Of a DNA stretch of 64,000 bases, positions 58,066-64,000 are shown piece after piece (position 1 is the stretch's first letter; each line of letters starts with the position of its first letter). The position numbers and the translations under genes are program-made. Origin of the DNA: Phycisphaerae bacterium (lineage in GTDB: Bacteria > Planctomycetota > Phycisphaerae > UBA1845); assembly GCA_963666835.2 (NCBI GenBank), contig CAXXGO010000006.1, positions 768,001-832,000 of the forward strand, in the 5' to 3' direction. The notes below the pieces were generated by a model, which was not told the origin of the DNA, searched no databases, and saw only the letters and a program-made list of their open reading frames with translations.

Positions 58066-60501
58066 TCAACCTCCGTCGACTTTCTTCTCTTCCGTGGTAC
58101 CCGGGAATGTCGCAGACGCCGCATTGCGCCCGACCATGCTGTTCGTTTCCTTGGGTTTGGGTCTGCAAACGTCGTTTTGTGTTGGGGCAGGACACAGGGT
58201 ATCGCAATCGGAGAATTGCCCGTTGCAGGACTGGTGCAAAACACACTGAGGGTGATTATCGAAATAACAGTTGAAGCCAACGAGCTTCTCCTGGCACACG
58301 GCGCAAGCGCTATCGCGGCAGCCATTCCACGTGTTATCGCCAATCCCGTCACAGACACACCGGTCGGCCTCCGTCGGCGGAGGGCAGGCGGCATCGCAGT
58401 CTTCGTACGGCCCGATACAGGCTCTATTAAGGACGCAAGCCGTGTGATTCTCGAAATAGCAGTCGTAGCCCACGAGCTTCATCTCGCACACGGCGCATCC
58501 GCTTCCGCCGCACCCATCCCACGTGCCATCCCCGATCCCGTCGCACACGCAACGGTCCGCCTCTGTGGGCGGAGGACAATAGACGTTGCAGTCGTTGTAG
58601 ATTCCGGCGCAGGTGGTGTTCAATGCGCAGGCGGGGTTATTATCAAAGTAACAATCGTAGCCCACGAGCTTCTCGCTGCATATTGTGCAGCAATCTTCGC
58701 CGCACCCGTCCCAGACACCTTCACCGATACCGCTGCAAACGCACTCATCGGCTTCCGTCGGTGCGGGACAGGCGTAATCACAATCGGAGAACTGCCCCGC
58801 ACACGTTGTGCTCAGAACACATGACGCGTGATTGTCGAAGTAGCAGGGATAGTCGACCAGCTTCTCCTCGCACACGGCGCACCCGTCCGCGCCGCACCCG
58901 TCCCAGGTGCTGTCACCGATTCCATCGCAGACGCACCGGTCTGCCTCGGTCGGCGGGGGACAGGCGGAATCACAATCATAGAAGACCCCCATACACGTAG
59001 TGTTTAGAACACAATCTGCGTGGTTCTCGAAGTAGCAGTCGTAGCCAATCAGCTTCTCCTGGCACACCGCGCAACCGTTTCCACGGCACCCGTTCCACGT
59101 ATTGTCCCCGATTCCGTCACAAGCACAGCGGTCCGCCGCCGTTGGAGCAGGACAAGCGGCGTCGCAATCGAAGAACTCTCCATCGCACGTTGTGCTCAGA
59201 ACGCACGCAGGATGATGCTCAAAATAGCAGTTATATTCAGTGAGGTTCTCCGCGCACACGGCGCACGCGTCTGCGTCGCACCCATCCCAGGTGTTATCCC
59301 CGACGCCGTCGCACGGCGGCTGTCCCGTACCGTCGGCGTCGGAGACATAGAGGTTGACGTTGCTTACGCCTGCACTGATGAACTCTCCCGGAGTGGCCAG
59401 CTCTGCAGTATCGGCGAAGAACTCCTGGCTGCCGGAAGAGCCATGCGTACTGCTCGACAGGACATTACCGTCGGCATCCAGTCGGACCACCCATGCGTCC
59501 CGATTGGAATTCTCAGTTCCGGGGTCGGATGAATACGACTGAGTCAGACCGGTCAGCATACAGCCGCCATCGGCGGTGAGCGTGCCCCCGAGGAAAAAGT
59601 CGTTGTAGTCGCCGCCCAAGACTTGCTGCCAGAGAAGCTGCCCGGTCGGGGAGAGCTTCAATACCCACCCGTCAGTCCCGTAGAGTGCTTCTCCGCAACG
59701 CCCGGCCACGATGAAACCACCGTCAGCGGTTTGAGCTATCCACCGGGCGGTGTTCCATACGCTCGGATCTCCAAACGTCGCGGACCACATCTCATTGCCG
59801 TCTGCATCAGTCCGGACCACATACAGCAGACTCTCCAGATTCGCTCCGTCGTAGCCGTAGTAGCCTGCGAGCACGAAGCCCCCGTCCGAGGTCAGGGCTA
59901 AATCCCGGGCCACTTCCGTGGTCTCCGCCGGGCCATAGTTACGCGCCCAAATCAGATTCCCCAGGCTGTCCATCTTGACCAAGCCGGCATCATGGGCCTC
60001 GCCGTCGCGGATTGTGACCGTTCCGCAACCGATAAGGTCTCCACTACTGAGTTCTCGAATACCCCAGAGTCTGTCGAAGCCGTTCTCGCTTTGGGTCGAG
60101 CCTTCCAGATCGATGATTTTGTGCCAGAGCTCCTGGCCGTCGGCGTCCGTTCTGATGACCAGTATGTCGTCCGAGTGCCCGCCGGCCACCGGCTGCGCCT
60201 TCCCGCCAATGATGAACCCACCATCGGAGGCCGCGGCCACACCCCACCCGGCATCATAAAGCGTGTATTGATCATACAGCACCGACCAGAGCAACGCCCC
60301 ATTGGCATCCACCCGCGCAAGGAAGGGCCGCACCCCCGTTGCACTCATATACCGCCCCGTGGCAACGAATCCGTCACCAGCGATGGTGGCGACTCCGTCT
60401 CGCGTATCGATTTGGACGCCCAGATCGTGCACGTGCTCCCAAGCCACTGCCGTTGTCGTCGTCAAGCAGAGCAAACAAGCTATCACCACAGTAAACCGCA
60501 T
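58066..60501 (-). CDS. Secreted protein: beta-propeller (DxxGxxxW repeats) plus six 64-aa Cys-rich repeats
   Basis: Signal peptide. Repeats R.DA.G..LW / DGGF.(L/V)AG. C-terminal CDGIGD.TW.GC...CAVC...CYF.NH..C....C......C...CP.PT.AD.C occurs six times. Confidence 0.85.
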   Translation of the reverse strand: MRFTVVIACLLCLTTTTAVAWEHVHDLGVQIDTRDGVATIAGDGFVATGRYMSATGVRPFLARVDANGALLWSVLYDQYTLYDAGWGVAAASDGGFIIGGKAQPVAGGHSDDILVIRTDADGQELWHKIIDLEGSTQSENGFDRLWGIRELSSGDLIGCGTVTIRDGEAHDAGLVKMDSLGNLIWARNYGPAETTEVARDLALTSDGGFVLAGYYGYDGANLESLLYVVRTDADGNEMWSATFGDPSVWNTARWIAQTADGGFIVAGRCGEALYGTDGWVLKLSPTGQLLWQQVLGGDYNDFFLGGTLTADGGCMLTGLTQSYSSDPGTENSNRDAWVVRLDADGNVLSSSTHGSSGSQEFFADTAELATPGEFISAGVSNVNLYVSDADGTGQPPCDGVGDNTWDGCDADACAVCAENLTEYNCYFEHHPACVLSTTCDGEFFDCDAACPAPTAADRCACDGIGDNTWNGCRGNGCAVCQEKLIGYDCYFENHADCVLNTTCMGVFYDCDSACPPPTEADRCVCDGIGDSTWDGCGADGCAVCEEKLVDYPCYFDNHASCVLSTTCAGQFSDCDYACPAPTEADECVCSGIGEGVWDGCGEDCCTICSEKLVGYDCYFDNNPACALNTTCAGIYNDCNVYCPPPTEADRCVCDGIGDGTWDGCGGSGCAVCEMKLVGYDCYFENHTACVLNRACIGPYEDCDAACPPPTEADRCVCDGIGDNTWNGCRDSACAVCQEKLVGFNCYFDNHPQCVLHQSCNGQFSDCDTLCPAPTQNDVCRPKPKETNSMVGRNAASATFPGTTEEKKVDGG
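58165..59313 (-). repeat. Six tandem 192-bp coding repeats
   Basis: The 64-codon periodicity is visible in both DNA and protein. Confidence 0.9.
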
Positions 60502-60841
60502 GACAGATCCTCCGAACGAGCTTCCTTAGGCAGACTGAGCGGACAAACATGACGTGCTGCGACTTCTCCTGACTGGCCCGCGCGGCGATAGTACTCCTGC
60601 GTACGGGCGGCGGCGAATCGAAAGACACGTCTTCTTTTAATCTAGCGAAAACCGCGTCAGAATGCGACAGAAAAACCTGCGAATGCGGGTGAAACGTTTG
60701 ATTATACGCCGATCGATCTGACCCGCGCGAGTGGCGGCAATTCCAGACGGAGCTTCGGACCCCTGTAAATCGCCTTACGGCGACGGTACAATGTCCATCC
60801 GGAGGGGCATCCACGGGCCGACCTACTTGGGGGAGGGGAAC

Positions 60842-61684
60842 ATGCGCATGGTGACGAATCGAATCGGCTTGGCGGTGTTAATGGGGTTTATGGCGACGCG
60901 GGCGTGCGCCCAATCAACGGCGTCGCTGGTGACCGACGCAGGCTCCGAGGCGGGCGTGACGGTGGCGTTCACGGCCAGTACCACCGCCTTCGGCAACTTG
61001 AACGGCACCGACTCGACTACCGCGGCGACTACCGGGACGGCGGAGATGACGCTTCTGCCGACGTATCCGCAGTTCTCTCACGCTATCCTCCACTCGGTCC
61101 ACTTCGAGATGGACACCGTGGTGTTTGGTTACAGCTTCCTCGCCGGCTTCGTTACGGCGCAGGTGACGTTCACCGACCTGACTCTCGATTCGACCGGGCC
61201 GGCATATGGGGGCATCGCGCCGACCGGCGATACGGCGTTTCCTGACGTGCCGTTTCATGTAGCCGGGTCCGCGCACATCGTCTGCAATGCTCTGGGCGTC
61301 AACGAGACTAGGGTGATCGACGACGTCAGCTTGGCACAACTTGATGCGAGTATTAGGGAAGCTGCCGGCGCGTTGACCCTCGATAGCATCGCGGTTCCGG
61401 CCTTCGAGGTTGATATTCCGGCCGGCGAGCTGCCCGCGGGTGTGAACTCCGTGGTAGTGAACGTGACCGTAGATGCCACCGATGTCGTTCTGCGCGGTCC
61501 GTGGGTTCCGGCCCTGCCGGGCGACTGGGACGGCGACGGTGATCTCGATCTGGCCGACTTTGCCGCGATGTCCGAATGCCTGAACGGGCCCGATGTTCCC
61601 GCAACCGGTTTCTGCATGCTCTTCGACCTGGACGACGACGGTGATGTAGACCTGGCCGATTTCGCCGTGTTTCAGAGTCAATAG
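60842..61684 (+). CDS. Secreted beta-rich protein with C-terminal dockerin-like tail
   Basis: Signal peptide (..ACA-Q). Tail GDWDGDGDLDLADF...CLNGP...C..FDLDDDGDVDLADFAVFQ. Confidence 0.82.
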   Translation: MRMVTNRIGLAVLMGFMATRACAQSTASLVTDAGSEAGVTVAFTASTTAFGNLNGTDSTTAATTGTAEMTLLPTYPQFSHAILHSVHFEMDTVVFGYSFLAGFVTAQVTFTDLTLDSTGPAYGGIAPTGDTAFPDVPFHVAGSAHIVCNALGVNETRVIDDVSLAQLDASIREAAGALTLDSIAVPAFEVDIPAGELPAGVNSVVVNVTVDATDVVLRGPWVPALPGDWDGDGDLDLADFAAMSECLNGPDVPATGFCMLFDLDDDGDVDLADFAVFQSQ

Positions 61685-62248
61685 CCCGAAGAACGGCAGG
61701 GTGGCCCGGGTCCTCTTGAGTCTTCCGCGCATTGCGGATTATGATAAGTCGTTGGAGCAGGACGCATCGGACCCGGGGGACCCGGGGGAGCCGATGATTA
61801 TATCCGCTCGTAGTCAAAGGTGGGTTGCGGGCTTCCACTATGCGGCCGGGTGGCCCGTGGCTTTGGTCGTGGGGGATGCCCGTACGCAACTTCGCCTATG
61901 TCGTACGAAACCGGTGTTAAGCCCCTTGGGCGGCAGGTTCTGTAGCCCCACGGCGTAAGCCTGGGGAACCGTTCGAACGTTTCGGATCCAGCCCCTACCT
62001 TTTTGACAATTGTCACCCCTCTGCGCGACGCGCTCTCGTGTTACGTCTCGTTTCTCGACCGTTCCGTACGATGTCTTCGCGTCACCCCGTCGATTCTCCG
62101 CCGGCCCTTCGGGACGGGAGCATCGGGGGGCGAAGCGGCCCACGGGTCCCGCTTCGTTCCACCTGTGGCTACGTGGCCACAGTCCCTACGGGACGGTTCA
62201 TCGCATGGTCGCGTGACGCGGTTAGGGATTCGCGCGACACGCGCCTTC

Positions 62249-62420
62249 GCGGCAGGTCTCGTACCTCGACCGTGCCCTACGAAACCTCCACGCATTGCGT
62301 GCCTTCGTGGCAGGACCGTGCCCACATAACTTCAGAATGCGAATCCGTCCCCCACCCATGCCGGCGGCGGGGCGATGCGGCTATTCCAGCACGCCAAACG
62401 CCGGCATGGATGGGGCACCC
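62249..62420 (-). repeat. REP A (62249-62280) and family B (62348-62420); duplicated at 62990-63021 and 63030-63102
   Basis: Direct sequence match to the other copies. Confidence 0.85.
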
Positions 62421-62438
62421 GGCCGGGCCATATTCTTG

Positions 62439-62939
62439 TCACTCCTCCGGGCACGGGCCGATTACCAACGGCTCGGTCAGTTGGATTACGACGACATCCG
62501 AGGAATGGTCCTCGGAAAGCATGTCGCCCGTCACCTCTATTTCGAAGACATGTTCGCAGCCGGCGTGCGTAACCACCAAGTGAACTTCATCCGGCACTGG
62601 ATACTCAGGGATTTCAACCTCCGAAGAGAACGGGTTAGGGCATCTTCCGAATTCATTGCCCCAGATGATACCCTCAAAGGTACCGTCTTCCCAAATGAAG
62701 CTGGCACTCAAAGGTGAGTTGGTTGCCCCCCCGGTGCCCGTGTTCTCACCGGCCGTCCAAGTATACGCACTGATTTCGAGACTACCCAACGTCATTGTGC
62801 CGTCTGTCTCGACTCTGCCCCGAACCAGCATTTGTGCTTTGATCAACGGACACGCGGAACAGGCTAAACCAGATGCGAGACCGACGGCCCCCACCAGTGC
62901 CAGCATTACCGCGACTTTGACTCGATTCATTGTCCTCAT
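62439..62939 (-). CDS. Exported/lipoprotein-like hypothetical protein, tandem paralog 2
   Basis: Signal peptide ending GLASGLAC. Shares PFSSEVE.PEYPVPDE.HLVVTH.GCE and LTEPLVIG.CPEE with its neighbour. Confidence 0.8.
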   Translation of the reverse strand: MRTMNRVKVAVMLALVGAVGLASGLACSACPLIKAQMLVRGRVETDGTMTLGSLEISAYTWTAGENTGTGGATNSPLSASFIWEDGTFEGIIWGNEFGRCPNPFSSEVEIPEYPVPDEVHLVVTHAGCEHVFEIEVTGDMLSEDHSSDVVVIQLTEPLVIGPCPEE

Positions 62940-63120
62940 TGCCAGATCCTCAGAATGCATGCTTAATCCTCTGCGTGACGCGCGCTTTCGCGGCAGGTCT
63001 CGTACCTCGACCGTGCCCTACGCAATCCGTCCCCCACCCATGCCGGCGGCCGGGCGATACGACGATTCCAGCGCACCAAACGCCGGCATGAATGGGGCAC
63101 CCCGCCGGGACATATTCTTG

Positions 63121-63624
63121 TCACTCCTCCGGGCATGCGCCGATTACCAACGGCTCCGTCAGTTGGAGAATGTCGTACTCCGGATAGTCATAATCCGTCA
63201 CCATCTCCGCGGCTATGGTTATCTCGAAGGTCTGCTCGCAGCCGTTGTGCGTAACCACCAAGTGAATCTCGTCCGGCACTGGATACTCGGGAACCTCAAC
63301 CTCCGAAGAGAACGGGCCGGTGCAAAGAGCTACGCTGTCAGTTGCCCGGAGGAGAATCTGAAACGTACCGTCCTGCCAAGTAAACACGTTGTCAATAAAG
63401 CCCGCCTCACTCGTCCCCGTCCCCGTATGCTCGCCGGCAGTCGACGTATAGCCCGCGACGTCAAAATCCCCCAATGCGACCGTGCCATCCGTATCGACTT
63501 GCCCACGCACTAGCATGCCGGTAAACGAAAGCGGACAGGGGAAACACGCCAATCCGGACGCTAGACCGATGGTGCCCATGACCAAACATAAGGCAGCAGC
63601 CTTGATGCGCTTTGTCTTCTTCAT
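63121..63624 (-). CDS. Exported/lipoprotein-like hypothetical protein, tandem paralog 1
   Basis: Same architecture as 62439-62939. RBS-like GAGG upstream. Confidence 0.8.
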   Translation of the reverse strand: MKKTKRIKAAALCLVMGTIGLASGLACFPCPLSFTGMLVRGQVDTDGTVALGDFDVAGYTSTAGEHTGTGTSEAGFIDNVFTWQDGTFQILLRATDSVALCTGPFSSEVEVPEYPVPDEIHLVVTHNGCEQTFEITIAAEMVTDYDYPEYDILQLTEPLVIGACPEE

Positions 63625-63699
63625 TTTCGGTTCCTCGCCATATGCGCTCCCGCTTCTCTCCAAACGGGGCCGTCTACACCGTCGCGCGCGTTGCCCTAC

Positions 63700-63999
63700 T
63701 CAGTCCACCGGGATGCAGGGAATGCTCGGGTTCGCCACGTGAAACTCGTCCTCAAAGAAGTTGCCGATACGATGCGAATCGCCCGTTTGGTCCAATGCGC
63801 CGCACGAATGCGCAATCTCGTGAAAGACGGTATTCGCACAATCGCATTGAGTGCCGACGGTACAGAACCACATCGGCGATCCTCCGAGGCTACATCCCCC
63901 GGCGGGATGAAGAGCCCCGCAAGGTCCGCAGGTATGCGGGTCGGCGCAATCGATTCGCGTCCGTCTGAAGTGGGAGCCGCCGCAACCTAGGCGGCCCTT
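63700..63999 (-). CDS. C-terminal end of a Cys-rich protein with an HExxH zinc-metallopeptidase motif (5' part outside window; not in ORF track)
   Basis: Manual translation: KGRLGCGGSHFRRTRIDCADPHTCGPCGALHPAGGCSLGGSPMWFCTVGTQCDCANTVFHEIAHSCGALDQTGDSHRIGNFFEDEFHVANPSIPCIPVD*. Frame is open to the window edge. Confidence 0.7.
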   Translation of the reverse strand, partial: KGRLGCGGSHFRRTRIDCADPHTCGPCGALHPAGGCSLGGSPMWFCTVGTQCDCANTVFHEIAHSCGALDQTGDSHRIGNFFEDEFHVANPSIPCIPVD

Positions 64000-64000
64000 C

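Noticed and set aside
58165..59313. Multiheme cytochrome or Fe-S repeat protein
   Set aside because: The CxxC motifs are not followed by His. The signal peptide and even Cys count fit disulfides better.
62439..63624. Paralog pair as DGR template/variable region
   Set aside because: Both are full ORFs with differences at all base types and indels, not adenine-specific changes.

Overview
GC-rich (estimated ~60-65%) bacterial chromosomal window, most likely from a Planctomycetota (Phycisphaerae-like) genome. That placement is inferred from the ECF sigma/Ser-Thr kinase pair, DCNxNGxPDEC repeat proteins and dockerin-like DxDGDVDLxDF modules. It holds about 40 genes. Housekeeping and metabolic genes include tilS, purN, sat, kdsC, malic enzyme, an ALDH7-type dehydrogenase, a phosphomutase and hypAB. 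Envelope genes include three GT-C-type membrane glycosyltransferases, an AsmA-like protein, DUF368, a giant LptC/LptA-like protein and a MacB-type permease. There are also signalling genes and secreted repeat proteins. Mobile DNA comprises a partial IS4 at the left edge, a complete-looking group II intron (about 32.5-34.5 kb) and at least six families of REP/MITE-like palindromes clustered in intergenic mosaics. Most notable observations: (1) a dispersed 73-bp palindromic repeat family aligns without gaps to the 5' junction of the group II intron; (2) a promoter-preceded, strongly structured ~160-nt RNA-like element appears inserted into a gene near 28.2 kb; (3) an intact ORF for a catalytically dead RecQ-like protein sits divergent from an ECF-kinase pair; (4) a sat / pAp-phosphatase / AlkP-fold operon may be an unconventional sulfation route; (5) a secreted protein carries six 64-aa, 10-Cys repeats; (6) an unlisted HExxH ORF at the right edge is followed by two tandem paralogous lipoprotein-like genes. 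No rRNA, tRNA or CRISPR array was seen. All calls come from motif reading only; no searches were run.
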